From the NCBI RefSeq assembly GCF_030028105.1, contig NC_092371.1, positions 21,814,439-21,878,438 on the forward strand: a stretch of 64,000 bases of DNA, read 5' to 3'. This document shows, in pieces, positions 48,091 to 61,559 of the stretch. The DNA is from Mobula birostris (Eukaryota). Below the pieces are notes generated by a model. That model saw only the letters and a list, made by a program, of their open reading frames with translations, had not been told where the DNA came from and ran no database searches. Positions within the stretch are counted from its first letter, which is position 1. Each line of letters opens with the position of its first letter. Both the position numbers and the translations under genes were made by a program.

Positions 48091-51000
48091 TGGTGCCTGA
48101 TGACTGTTAGGAGAATGAAAGGAAATAGATAGCCAGTACAACGTACCCCTGCAGCTGTTCCCCTCAGTAATAAGTATGCTGCTTTGGATACTTTTGGGAG
48201 GTGGGGGGAAATAACCTAGCAGAAGCAATCTGGCACTGTGGCTCAGAAAGGGGGAGGGTAGGGGAGAGAAGAGGGTTGCAGTAGAGATAGGGGATTCCAT
48301 AGACAGAGGAGCAGATACAAGATTATATGGATGCGATGGAGATATCCAGATAGTGGTTGCCTCCCAGGTGCCAGGGTCAGGGACGTCTCAGATCAGGTCC
48401 ATAGCATTCGAAAGGGGGAGGGGGAGCACCCAGAAGTTATATTTGCACCAATGACATAGGTAGGGAAAGTGAGGAGATCCTGGAGACGGAAGCTGGGAAG
48501 AAAGCTGAAAAGTAGGACCTCCAGGGTAGTAGCCTCCAGATTGCTGCCTGTGCCATGTGCCAGCCAGTGGGTGAATGAATAGGATGACCTGGGAGAGGAA
48601 TGTATTGCTGAGAACCTGTTTCAGGGGTCAGAGTTTCAGATTCCTTGATCATTAGGATCTGTTCTGGGGAATGTATGAGCAATACAAAAGGGATGGGTTA
48701 CATATGAACCAAGCAAGACTAATATCCTTCTGAGTGGATTTGCTAGAACTGTTGGAAAGCGTTTACACTAATTTGGCAGGAGGTTGGGAAACTGAGTGAT
48801 AGGCCTGAGGATGGGGCAGCTGGTATACAAGCAGAGGCAGTGTGTACTGAGGCTTTCAGGAAGGGCAGACAGATGATAGGGCACAATTGCAGTCAGTGGG
48901 ATGAGTTTCAGTGTATCACTGGGACAATATTAGAAATGGTGATGAATACAGGACAGAAGGTGTTGTATTCAAGTATATGGAATAAGGTGAGTGATCTTGT
49001 AGCACAGTTAGAGATTAGCAGGTGTGATGTTGTGGGCAGCTCCTCTCTCATGCCTCTGTAATTCCCTTTACTTCACTGTAATACTGATGCATTTACCTTC
49101 AGCTTCTCTCTCTCTCTAATTGCAGGTTGATTTATATCACATTATGATCACTGCTTCCTAAGGGTTCCTTTACCTTAATCTCCCTCATTAAATATGGTTC
49201 ATTACACAATACCCAATCCAGAATAGCTGATTGCCTAGTGAGCTCAACCACAAGCAGTTCTAAAATGCCAGCTCATAGGCATTGTACAAATTGTCTCTCT
49301 TGCGATCCAAAATTAATACCAACTTGATTTGCCCAGTGTACCTGCCCATTGAAATCCCCCAACTATCATAGCATTGCTCTTTTGGCATGCATTTTCTATC
49401 CCCCATTGTAATGCGTAGCCGACATCCCGGCTACTGTTTGGAGGCCTATATAAAACTCCCATCAGGGTCTTTTTAGCTTCCTTAACTTTACGCACAATGA
49501 TTCTACATCTTCTGTTCCTCTTTTTAAGAGTTTGATTTTATATTTCACCAACAGATCCGCCCCATCCCCTCTGCGTACCTGCCTGGCCTTTTGATACAAT
49601 TTAAGGCTCTCAACTACATCCTTGGCTGTTAAGCTCTCAACTACAACCTTCTTTCAGCCATGATGCAGTGACGCCCACAACATCATAACTGCGCTACAAG
49701 ATCATCCAGCGAAAGCAGTCTGGATGGGGACACTAGCAGAACAGAAATAGCTGAAGTTTCTGGGAGCAATTCAGAAGATGCTGGCTAGATACATTCCAAA
49801 GAAGAAGTATTCTGAAGGCAAGATCACACAACCATGGCTAACAAGCAAACATAAAAACCAAAGGCAGGGCATATAATAGAGCAAAAATTAGTGTAAAGTT
49901 AGAGAAATGGGAAGCTTTTAACAGCCAACAGAAGGCATCTAAAAAAGCTGTAAGGAGGAAAAAGATGAATTATGAAGTTAAACTAACCAATAATATCAAA
50001 GAGGATATCAAAATTTTTTCAGTTATTTATGGAGTACAAGAGAGGCAAGAATGGATATTGGACCACTGGGAAATGATGCTGGAGAGGTAGTAATGGGGAA
50101 AAGGAAATGGTGGATGAGCTGAATAAGTATTTTCTAGTGCGGAAGAAGCAGTCAGCATGCTGAAAGCAGTGCAAGTCATGTTGGTACAGTTTAATCTCAG
50201 ACTACATAAGATTGCATCCAACAGTGGCTGAGGCCATGCAGTGCTTCCTATCTGAAGACCTGGCCAAAGGTCTACAGAGTCTTCAAGTTTGGCATGACCT
50301 CCCTCTTATGTAGTACAGACTGGGCCTTGGATCAGACTTCATTAGCGACATCCCTACATTCCAGGTTGCTGATACTAAAAGATCCTTTATGCATTCTGGA
50401 ATATCAATAGCCTGTTTGACCCTCTTGGATTTGCTGCTACAGTCGGTATCCAGGAACGCTTATGTTAAGAGAATTAACCTACGACATTGTGGATGGGATG
50501 TCCCACTCCCTAAGGGTATACAGATATAGCACTAATGTTTTTCCCTTCAGGATCTTATAGGCATGAAAATTCCAAGAATCTACTGAACAATTCTACTATC
50601 TACAACCCAAAAGAAAGAGGTTTGCATCTTCTGTGATGAGTCAACTAAAGCAACTGTTTTTATTGCATGCCTGAAGGTCACAAACGCTGCTGGACATAGT
50701 GAAATTGGATTAATTCTGGGCAAGGCAAAACTTGCTCCCAGACCAAATCTCAGCATAACAAGACTTGAACTCGCTGCTGCTGTTCTTGTAGTTGAGATGG
50801 CAGAGATGATAATCAAAGAGCTGGTCAAAGAACTAGATGATATCAACTTCTTTACTGACAACAAGGTTGTACTCAGTTGTACAATATTTAATGAAAAAAG
50901 GAGATTCTATGTTGATGTACATAATGGGATCCAACGTATCAGGGTGATCAATTATGAAGAACTAATGGAACTATGTACCTACTGATCTCCATCTGGCTAA

Positions 51001-52059
51001 TCATGCCAAAAGAAGGCTCCAAGGTAAACTGCTCACTCTTTCTTCATGTTTAGCTGGACCAGCATTTCTTGCTGATTCTCGACAGGAACACAGCAGGAAT
51101 CTCTCCCAAAACAAAATCCTCTTGGGAAACTCTGTCCCTTTCTTGACTCTGAGGGGCTACTGTGAGTTGGACTACGTATAAAGAAGGTTCAACTCACTTC
51201 AAAGGTAACTTACCCAGTCATCATTCTGGGTGAGCACAAGTCAACTCTCTGCTCATTAGACATTACCATGAGCAAGTGTGTTGTCAAGGCAGACATTGTC
51301 AAAGAGAAAATGGTTAACGACTGTGCAGTAAGTGTTCTAAGACTATCCTTCTTCTGCCAAAGACATCATGAATTAATCACTTGACTTTTAGATTTTGTGT
51401 TTTGACATCTTATGGGTGCCAGGCAGGGAGTGTTCTAGCCACTAGAGGCATAGTTCATTTTGTATGAACAGCACTTCCCCTAAGCAAACTGATTTTTATA
51501 TCATTTCCTGGGTGGGTTAGTTTTTAATCTATTTGACGTGCATGGTTTAAAAGGCATACGTCTCCATCCACTCTTACTTACCCTTGAAACATCAATGTCT
51601 GTGAATCTCCATGTTTTGGTAATATTGGTAAACATTTAGTAGATATATTTTGAAGGAAGTATTATGCTTAAGTTTACCTTTCCATCATGAGCTTACTCTT
51701 GTTTGCACTGTATAGGTATGGAGTGTTGCATATGTGTACGGCCTTAGTTAACATCAGTTGTGAGAATAGTCCACAGTATTAGTATACTTAGGACCAATTC
51801 TGTACTGAATTTATTGTATTTTGCATAACTCTCTGCAGTTTCACAAATAAGAGATCTCATTAAAAGCCCTGAAGTAAACTATCTTGGGTGATTTTTGAGA
51901 AGTTGCTTAACTGCATAGCTGCGTACACATTCACAGAGGACAGTAGACCCATAGTATCCATTGTCTCCATTGCCTGTAGCATATCCTATTCTGTCTGAGG
52001 CCTGACGGACTTGGGGTCAAAAGTGTTCTCTTGTAAGAACTTTTCCACAAAGGGCAGGG

Positions 52060-53245
52060 ATATTGCATTGCAACAGGGCCAGCCCATCCTTCACCATATC
52101 AGGCATTTAATACAATCGTCACTCAGAAGCTAGTGGATAAACTGCCCTCATTGGGTCTCAACACCTCTTTCTGTAACTGGGCCTTGGACTTCTTGACAGA
52201 AAGATCCCAGTCAGTCCATGTTGGCAGCAACACCTCTAACTCCATCACACTGAGCATCACACCCCACCCCTGGGCTGCCTGCTCAGCCTGCTGCTGTTCC
52301 CGCTGCTGATGCATGACCGCACCACTAAATCCAGTTCAAACTGAACCATCAAGTTAACTGATAACACAACAGTGGCTGGTTTCATCAACAACAATGACGA
52401 GACAGCATACAGAGAAGAGACAGCACAGCTGGCAGAATGGTTAGATCACAACGACTTGATTCTCAATATGGATTGGACCAAAGAGATGATTGCGGACTTT
52501 AGGAAGGTGAAGGCTAACTAGTCCTCATTGCACATACACTGCAACTCCATGGAGAGAGTTAGCAGCAACAAATTTCTGGGAATGCACATAATGGGTGATT
52601 TCACCAGGTCTCTCAACATCATCTCTTTGGTCAGGAAAGCACAACAGCATCTCCACTTCCTGAGGAGATTGAGACAATCAATGCTTGCCTCCACACCCTA
52701 TTCTGACCAATTTTTATGGGAGCACCACTGAGAGTGACCTGACCAACTGCCTCACTGTCTAGTTAGGGAATTACAAGGCATCTGACTGCAAGTCCCTACA
52801 AAGGATTGCAAGGACTGCTGGGAGGATCATCGGTTCTTTCTTCCACCTATCAGAGATATTCATCATGACCATTGCATAGCATTGTCAATTATCCCTTGCA
52901 TACATCGAACTTTTACCGTCCCTGACTTTTACCATTAGTTAGGAGGTACGGTAGCATTAGGGCAAGGACTGATACGATGGGAAACAACTTCTTCCTCCAG
53001 AACATGAGACCACTGAACTCCCTGTCACAGTCCAGATTTCATCATGTGCGAAGCTTCACTAGCGTCATAAGATTTACCTTTTAACATGTTATAAACCTTA
53101 TTCTTTCTTAATTTCTTTGTGGCAATATCACTTCATGTGTTGTGTGTGAGTTTTATGTAATGGTTGTGCACTTTGGATGGGAGGAACATTATTTTGTTTG
53201 GCAGTATACTTGAGCGTGATTGAATGATAATAAACTTAAAATTGA
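52060..53245 (+). mobile_element. Rex1/Babar-like LINE 3' part
   Basis: [53 protein letters not shown]. Confidence 0.8.
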
Positions 53246-55028
53246 AGTTGTGAGGTTAGAACCTCAGCATGGTGCGACACTTAGTGTTTGTACACAGTGG
53301 TTCCACCCACAGCCCAATACAACCACACACAAAGGTGGCCACCAGGACAGGGCTATGCTGGGCACACATTTCCATCTTCTGCCACTTAAACTATTGATAA
53401 CAATATGCAGTCTAAGTCCACAAGGGAGTTTTGAAAAATACTCATCAAGACCTAGGGCGTCCCAGTAGGGCTCTTCACATTTCAAAAAACTTGCACTGTT
53501 CAAACTTGTTTTCCAGTGGGTAAGCTTTAGATTAATTATCCATTTCAAATTAAAATAAATAACATTTTTCCTGGCAGTGCAATGTCAATTTTTATGGCCC
53601 AGTAATTTATTTTATTAAAAAATTATGTAAATGAGATTTAAATGCCTCAGTTGTGATTTATTGGAGAAGTAAAATGCCATGTATTTGCTCCTCTTAATGA
53701 CAGAATGGCAGTTAGATTTATTCAGTGAATAACAAGCTTCAGCTCTTTGATTGATTAGTAAACAGAAGAGGCAAACGCCTGTTAAAACAACATAACTATA
53801 ATACCCTGCCTTCTGTACATAGTGGTTTCCACTAAATGGCAGTGTCTTGGTGTAACTCTCGCTCAATAGGAGCATCAAATGTGGAAATATTCCACTTTAT
53901 ATTCCAGGTTAGTGGAATGGTACACCCACATACTGGGAACATTCCCATCAAACCCTCTTGCTTCTCCATGGCTGCACTGGCCTGAAATTTTGGAGTTGGA
54001 CAAAAGCAGTTCGGAACCTTACATCAGGTTTCCTTAAAAGCCATCACAATCAGAGAGAAAAGTTTACCAAGTAAACAGAAAGGTAAGTGAAAAAGGCATA
54101 GTTTTATTAGCCTTTTACCAAATAAGAATGAAATCTTTTTCAAGTTACAGGACTTCAACTACTTCCCTGCAAACATTTGGTTTCTTGAACCAACCTGCAG
54201 AAGTCTAATCATAACGTCACGATAGCAGGAATGTGACCACTTTGGCTACTTAGTACCACGAAGGACTTTTCTTGCATTAATTGTACTCTTTCTTGTAAAT
54301 ATTGAGTATAATTTATGATATTTTCTTGGGATGCTTGCTTATCTACCTGTGATGCTGCTGCAGATGTGTTTCATTGCATCTGTACATTCATGTACTTGTG
54401 CATATGACAATGAACTCACATTTTGACCTTGACATCTCTACTGTTGAAGGTTCTGCTCAGATATTAGGTCTGCTCAGCACAGCATTCAATTAGTACTGCA
54501 ACAGAACATTAGCCTGGATTACATGAGAGTGTGGGGTCTGGGGTTCTTGACTTCACAACCTTCTAATTTAGATTGTTTCTTCATGATCTGGTTGGTAGAA
54601 ATGGGCAGATTTGGTAGACTAAGCCAGTATTTTGAATAATGAGAGGAGATCTCAACAAAAATTTCAAAACTGAGTGAACTGGATGCAAGAAAGATAGTTC
54701 CCCTGGCTGAAGAATCTAAAACCAGGAGTCACAGTCTCAGGGCAAGGTGAGGCCATCTCGGAGTTAGACAAGGAGAAACTTCTTAATTCAGATGTGGTGA
54801 ATCCTTGGTGTCCCCGACAGTGACAGGCTGTGGTGCCCGAGTTATTGAGTTCATTCAAAACTGAGACTGATGGATCTCAGAATATTACAGAAATCAAGGG
54901 ATATGAGAGTAGTGTCAGAAAGTGGGACTGCTTTAAGTCCAGCCAGGATCATGAAAATTTGCAGAGCAGACTTGGTGGGCTGAGGTACCTTCTTGTGCTC
55001 TAGTTTGTAGCACCTTCACTTAGCTTAC

Positions 55029-55126
55029 CTTTTTAGTGCTGCAATTTGAAAGAATTGCAGAAGCAACAGTGTAAGATGCAATGCTGCTGAAACCAAACCT
55101 TTGAATCGTGGTTTAAGCCAACCCAT
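55029..55126 (-). CDS. Candidate first coding exon encoding a signal-peptide-like sequence (MGWLKPRFKGLVSAALHLTLLLLQFFQIAALK)
   Basis: Acceptor catctcacctcccag| before 55153, Kozak aagATGG and donor AG|gtaagc. Basic N-region followed by a hydrophobic core. No downstream exon identified. Confidence 0.3.
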
Positions 55127-55729
55127 CTTGTCTAAGAAAAGCGCTGGTACATACTGGGAGGTGAGATGTGGACTGTGTACCCAGGGACTTCCTGAATTAG
55201 AAGCCAGATAAAGGATCCTGGGGAAAGTTCCCTCTACTTTTTTGACAGTTGTGCAGACCAACCATTGCTCTGAACAGGAAATCTTTACACAGCCTGAAAA
55301 CCGAATAGCACTTCAAATATTTTTTGTTATGTGCATACTATGAATATTTGGAATGAAAATTGAAAAATCAGATATTCTTTATTTTATTTATTAATTGGTA
55401 AAATAAAAAACAGTACAATAAAATAACTTTCATATTTTGGGAACTTTTTCTTGTCTGTCCTTATAACAAATCCATTGTCTATAAATACTGTCCTCTAGAT
55501 TAATTTCACATCCAGATGAAAAATACATCTTAATCCTCGTTAGATCATTCAAATGGTCCACTTCTAGTCTGTTTATGGATTTACATTTGATTGAATTCGT
55601 AAGACTGAATCCATGTTCAAAGACTGCACTAGAAGACTGAAATGTTCCAAAGATGTCAACAAAAATTGACACTTCTTTAAATTCTTCCTTTTGAAGCACA
55701 TAGTTCAACATATTACAGGGCAAAAGAGG

Positions 55730-58700
55730 CGTGGTGCAGTTAAAACAGAATGCAGTGAATACTGTACTGAAAGTGTTATCTTTGAATGCACGCAGCATGA
55801 GAAATAAAATGAATGATCTTGAAGCTCAGCTACAGATTGGCAAGTATGATGCTGTGGCCATCTCTGAAACTTGGCTAAAGGATGGCTGCCATTGGCAGCT
55901 GAACATCCAAGGATATATGGTGTATGGGAAAGATAGGTTAATACGCAGAGGGAGTAGTGTGGCCCTGCGTACAAGAAGTAATATTAAATCATAAGAAAGG
56001 AATGACATAAATTAAGAAGGTGTAGAGTCTCTATGGGTTGAGTTAAGAAATGGCAGGGGTAAAAGGACCCCAATGGCAGTTGTATACAGACCTCCAAACA
56101 GCAGCCAGGATGTGGATTACTAATTACAGCAGGAAATAAAAAAGGTGTGTCAGAAAGGCAATGTCATGATAATCGTTGGGGATTTTAACATGAAAGTGGA
56201 TTGGGAAAACTAGGCAGGTACTGAACTTCAAGAGAGAGAATTTGTAGAATGTCTAAGGGATGGGTTTTTAGAACAGCTTGTTGTTGAGCCCACTAGGGGA
56301 TCAGCTGTACTGGATTGGGTGTTGTGCACTGATCTGGAGGTGATAAGAGAGCTTAAGGTTAAGGAACGCTTAGGGAACAGTGATCACAATATGATCAAGT
56401 TCACTTTGAAATTTGAGAAGGAGAAACTAAATTCCAATGTGTTGGTATTTCAGTGGAATAAAAGAAATTACAAGGGCATGAGAAGGGAACTGGCCGAAGT
56501 TGACTGGAAAGGGACACTAGCAGGAAGGACAGCAGAGCAGCAATGGCTGGAATTTCTGCGAAAAATGAGAGAAGTGCAAAACAGATATGTTCCAAATAAG
56601 AAGAAAGTTTTGAATGGAAGAAGGACACTACAGTGGTTGAAGGTGAAGTCAGAGCCAAAGTAAAAGCAAAAGAGAGGGCATACAAGGAAGGCAAAGCTAG
56701 TGGAAGATAGAGGATTGGGAAGCTTTTAAAAACTTGCAGAAGGAAATTAAGAAGGTCTTTAGGAAGGAAAAGATGAATTATGAAAGGAAGCTGGCAACGA
56801 ATATCAAAGAAAGTTTTTTTTAAGTATTTAAAGGGTAGAAGAGAGTTGAGGTTAGATATAGGACCAATAGAAAATGTCACTGGAGATATTGTAATGAGAG
56901 ACACAGAGATGGCAGAGGAACTGAATGCATATTTTGCATCAGTCTTCACAGTGGAAGACATCTGCAGTATACCAGACATTCAAGAGTGTCAGGGAAGTGA
57001 TGTATGTGCAGTGAAAATTACGACTGAGAAGGTGTTCAGGAAGCTTAATGATCTGATGGTGGATAAATCTCCTGGACCTGATGGAATGTGCCCTTGGATT
57101 CTGAAGGAAGTAGCTGGAGAGATTGCGGAGGCATTAATAATGACTTTTTAAGAATCGATGGATTCTGGCATTGTACCGGATGACTGGAAAATTGCAAATG
57201 TTACTGCGCTATTTAAGAAGGGTGGGAGGCAGCAGAAAGGAAACTATAGACCTGTTCGCCTGATAACAGTGGTTGGGAAGTTGTTGGAATCGATTGTTAG
57301 GGATGAGACTATGGAATACATGGAGGCACATGACAAGATAGTCCAAAGCCAGCATGTTTCCTGAAAGGAAAATTCTGCCTGACTAACCTACTGCAATTTT
57401 TTGAGGAAATTACAAGCAGGGTAGACAAAGGAGATATTGTAGATGTGGTGTACTTGGATTTTCAGAAGGCCTTTGACAAGATGCCGCACCTGAAGCTTCT
57501 TATCAAGATAAGAGCCTATGGAATTACAGGGGAGTTACTAGCATGGGTGGAGCATTGGCTGATTGGCTGAAAACAGAGAGTGGGAATAAAGGAATCCTAT
57601 TCTAGGTGGCTGCCGTTTATCACTGGAGTTCCACAGGGGTCAGTGTTGGGACCATACCTTTTTACAATGTATGTCAATGATTTAGACTATGGGATTAATG
57701 GATTTCTGCCTAAATTTGCCGATGATACAAAGATAGGTGGAGGAGTGGGTAGTGTTGAGGAAACAGACAGCCTGCAGAGACTTAGATATTTTGGGGAATG
57801 GGTAAAGAAGTGGCAAATGAAATACAATGTTGGAAAGTGTATGGTCATCCATTTTGGTGGAAGAAGTAAATGGGCAGACTATTATTTAGATGGGGAGAGA
57901 ATTCAAATGCACAGATGCAAAGGAACTTGGGAGTCCTTGTGCAGGGTACCCTAAAGATTAACCTCCAGGTTGAGTCAGTGGTGAAGAAGGTGAATGCAAT
58001 GTTGGCATTCATTTCTGGAGGTATAGAATATAAGAGCAGCGATGTGATGTTGAGGCTCTATAAGGCACTTGTGAGACCACATGGTGACATGGTCCAATCC
58101 TGCAATGCCCCATCTTGCTATTATCTTCTTGATTAGGTCTTAATTCCCTTGTCTGATTTCCAATTGTTCCCAGTTTCCATTAATTACAACACACCTGCTT
58201 ACCATCAGCAAACTGAGGATAAGAACCCTGGCGTCACAGTCATGCTTCGCCAGTTCATTGGTCTATTCTAGTGTGTGTAAACCTTGTTTCCTGATTCCTT
58301 AGGACTGTCAGTTCTAAGCTCTGCATCACTCCCTGGATAATCTACATCAACCTTGCCTCCGTGTAAAGATTCTCCCGAATACCTGTTCCAAGTTTGCAGC
58401 TGCGCTAATGCCTCACGACCGTCTCCGTGCCTGTGTCCTGCTCTTGGGTTCGTCCCCAGCCATGTCCTTGCAACACACAGTGTATTGTGTGCAGTTTTGG
58501 GCTCCTTATTTTAGCAAGGATATACTGACATTGGAGAGGGTTCAGAGAAGATTCACGAAAATGATTGCAGGAATGAAAGGGCAACCATATGAGGAACGTC
58601 TGGCAGCTCTTGGGCTGTATTCCCTGGAGTTCAGGAAAATGAGGGGGGATCTAATAGAAACATTTTGAATATTAAAAGGCCTAAACAGATTAGATATGGC

Positions 58701-59011
58701 AATAGAGCGCATGACTTCAGGGTTGAAAGACTTCCATTTAGAACATACATGCAGAGAAATTACTTTAGTCAGAGGGTGGTAAACCTGTGGAATTTGTTGC
58801 CATGAGCAGCTGTGGAGGCCAAGTAATTGGGTGTATTTAAGGCAGAGATAGATAGGTTCTTGATTAGCCAAGGCATCAAAAGATATGTGGAGAAGGCAGG
58901 GGAATGGGGATGACTGGATGAATTGGATCAGCCCATGATTGAATTGCGGAGCAGACTCGATGGGCTGAATGGGCTACTTCTGCTCCTATATCTTATGGTC
59001 TTATGGTCTTA
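55730..59011 (+). mobile_element. CR1 LINE with near-complete but disrupted ORF2 (APE plus RT)
   Basis: LNARSMRNK, AISETWLK, YRPPNS, GDFN, GNSDHNMI, KSPGPDG, GNYRPV, GVPQGSVLGP and KFADDTK. (tatggtct)n tail. Confidence 0.93.
58082..58475. mobile_element. Solo LTR (394 bp) inserted in the CR1 RT
   Basis: TG...CAACA termini and 4-bp TSD caca (58078-58081 / 58476-58479). Interrupts the CR1 LVRPH..YCVQFWAP motif. Confidence 0.8.
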
Positions 59012-60229
59012 TATCAGTAAATATTTTAATTGAACATTCACAGAAATGAAAAATTTGCAGTTACCATATTGCTGCAATATTTTTGAAACAATGCTTTTGC
59101 CATAGTTCATAATAGTGGCTGAGTGTTTTTATGTCAGTCGTGCAACATTTATTTCAAATTCAGAATTGGTTGGGTTCGCAACAGTAACAGAGTCAAAAGC
59201 TTGTCGTTTCTTAACTCATCATCAGGGAATCTATTATCCAAATGAATCAAACAATAGGCGCAGTATCAATTTGAGAGCTTATAGATGCAAGCAGATCTTT
59301 TTCTTTTTTAATCCAATAAACAATATCACCTTGATATTGTGACCATAACTTGTTACCTTTTGCTTTTGCGTACTGCAGAGATTCAGTTGTATTCAAACAG
59401 TTTCTCTGAAGGAATTTGCAAAGGGATGCCAGATCTTCAAAAACATCATTAAAGACAGTTAATGCTACTCCATACTGGAAATTGGTCAAAATCTTCAGGC
59501 AGTAGTTGCTGATTGGATTGCTAGATTCATTAACTTGTTCTTTGCAGTACTCTCTTTGCAGATTAAAACTTCATAATTCCTCATTAAAGTAGTAATGGTT
59601 AAATGTCTTGACAGCCATCTTACTTCATTTACTGATTGAAGTGACACGGCATCACATCCTATGACAATAGTTAATTCTAGTTGCACAACAACAAAGGCTA
59701 TGTGTGCGAGAGCATTTCATTTACTGCGGGGCTGTGCACTGCACAGCTCAGAAGAAATGCTGCCTAAGAGCTTATCTTCTGATGACTCTCCTACTCATCC
59801 TGGTGACCTCAATGGTGATGCTGAGTTCTCACAATGAACGTATCAATGAACTCTTCCATCTCTGACATCGATGGACATCCTGTCAATTATCCATGGGTCT
59901 GTAGATCCCTCTTGTTTGCCAGATCCAGACAGTTCTGGGATTCATCCCAAGTGTCCTTGGTTGGGAATCTGTGATTTAGTTAATTTAAATACCTTCAACA
60001 GAGGAACGGGTACAGGAAAGGAAAATTAAAATTCCAAATGCAAATAAAATCAAAATCAAAGTTGAGTTATACGCACAAATACATACATGCAATGCTGTAA
60101 AGAGAAGCTCACTTGCAGCTGCATCATAGGCACATAGTATCAGATAAGCAGCATTCACTAGAAGCATAAATTAAACATAAATTATACGCATTTTTTGCAA
60201 GAATGAACACAATTAGAACAAATAAGGCA

Positions 60230-61510
60230 GATGAGCTCAGAATGTGGATTGGCTCTGAGTACTGGGATGCCACAGACATAACAGAAACATGGTTGAGAGA
60301 AGAACAGAACTGGCAGCTCAGTTTTCCAGGATGCTGATGCCATGACAGAGGTAAAGGTAAGTGAAAAAGAGGGAGAATGTAACACCAAGGCTTGGAGATG
60401 ACTTTCTTGGGTGCTTGTCTATTGAAGCAATAATGGTAGAACTTAGAAACAAAAACATCTTCCAGAATGTCTCTCATGGCAGGATTGTACGGAGGGTTAT
60501 GTACCCTAGAATCAAGAGAAACCTAGTTAAAGGAATTCAAAACTGGCTCAGAAGAAGGAAGTAGAGGTGGTGGTTGAAGGTTACTTCTTGGAATGGAGGC
60601 TTGTGTTGTGGTGTGCCACTGGGTTGGTGTTGGGACCCTAGTTATTCAATATTAAAGAAATTATTTGGATGTAACTGCATAGGTTTGATCAGTAAGATTG
60701 CAGAAAACACAAAATTCGGAGGTATTGTGATTAGTGTAGAATATTGTCATAGATTAAAATCTCTGAGAATTACAGGAGAATCTTGATCAGTTAGCGAAAT
60801 GGGCTGAGGAGTGGTAAATGGATTTCAATACGGATAAGTGCGAGGTGATGCATATTGGAAAGTCAAACCAACGCAGGATATACTACAAGTAACAGGGCAT
60901 TGGGGAGCGTAGTGGAACTCAGGAGTACAAGTTCATTGAAAGCAGTGTTACAGGTAGTCAGGGTGATGAAAACGGCTTAAGAAACTGGTCTTCATCAGTT
61001 AGGGTATGGAGTGCAGGAGCTGGGAAATCATGTTGCAGTTGAATCTGTTGCTGAGGTCACATTTAGAGTACTGTGTACAGTTGTGATCACTCTGTTATGA
61101 GAAAGATGTGGTTAAACTGAAAATAGTGCAGAAACTATTTATGAGAATTTTGACAGGACTAGAGGGCCTCAGTTATAGGGAGAGGTTGGTCAGGCTGGTC
61201 TTCATTCCTTGGAATGTAGGAGAATAATGGTTGAACTTATAGATAAGGAATATGATAGCTGTCATTTCCCTGGAGTGAAAAGATTTTAAAAGGGACCAGA
61301 GTGGGGTGAGTATATGAAATAAGCTGCTAGAGGAAGTACAAAGGTACTGAGGCTAGTGCAATAGTATCTTTTAAGGATCACTTGGGTAGGTGTATGGAGG
61401 AGTGAGGCTGGAAGGGATTTGGGCTGAACACAGAAAATTGGGACTAGCTGGGTGGACACTGTGGTTGGGCTGAAGGGTCTGTATCTGTGCTATATTGCTC
61501 TGTGTATCTA
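60230..61510 (+). mobile_element. Old, internally deleted CR1
   Basis: ITETWLRE, IQNWLRRRK, GVP.G and aagtgcgaggtgatgca. CR1-type 3' end. Confidence 0.7.
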
Positions 61511-61559
61511 TAAGAAACAAAACAAAGTCCATTGTAATGCAAAATGATCAAAGTTGGCC

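Larger units (their letters stand above)
46140..50150 (+). mobile_element. Older CR1 LINE (repeated 5' UTR, ORF1 esterase, APE) with an internal inversion and two younger CR1 inserts
   Basis: GDSIDRGAD..CLPGARVRDV SGNH motifs near 48290-48390. The APE segment is inverted at ~49039-49705. Confidence 0.75.
45435..51947 (+). mobile_element. BEL/Pao LTR retrotransposon, split by CR1 insertions
   Basis: 5' LTR end (45450-45580) is homologous to the 3' LTR end (51830-51947). Gag knuckle PDKQCAVHKKTHSL at ~46100. Pao RNase H FCDES..LGKAKLAP..SITRLELAAAVL and FFTDNKVVL. PPT aggcagggag precedes the LTR start tgttc at 51431. Confidence 0.8.
55222..59762 (-). mobile_element. hAT DNA transposon remnant (ZNF862-like transposase) split by a CR1
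   Basis: hAT C-terminal dimerisation motif QSSSAVFEHGFSLTNSIK..INRL..HLNDLTRI (55430-55700) and VNEVRWLSRH (~59610-59640). Ends approximate. Confidence 0.75.

Noticed and set aside
53790-53985. Possible second exon downstream of the signal-peptide candidate
   Set aside because: The phase-compatible frame hits a stop within 11 codons.
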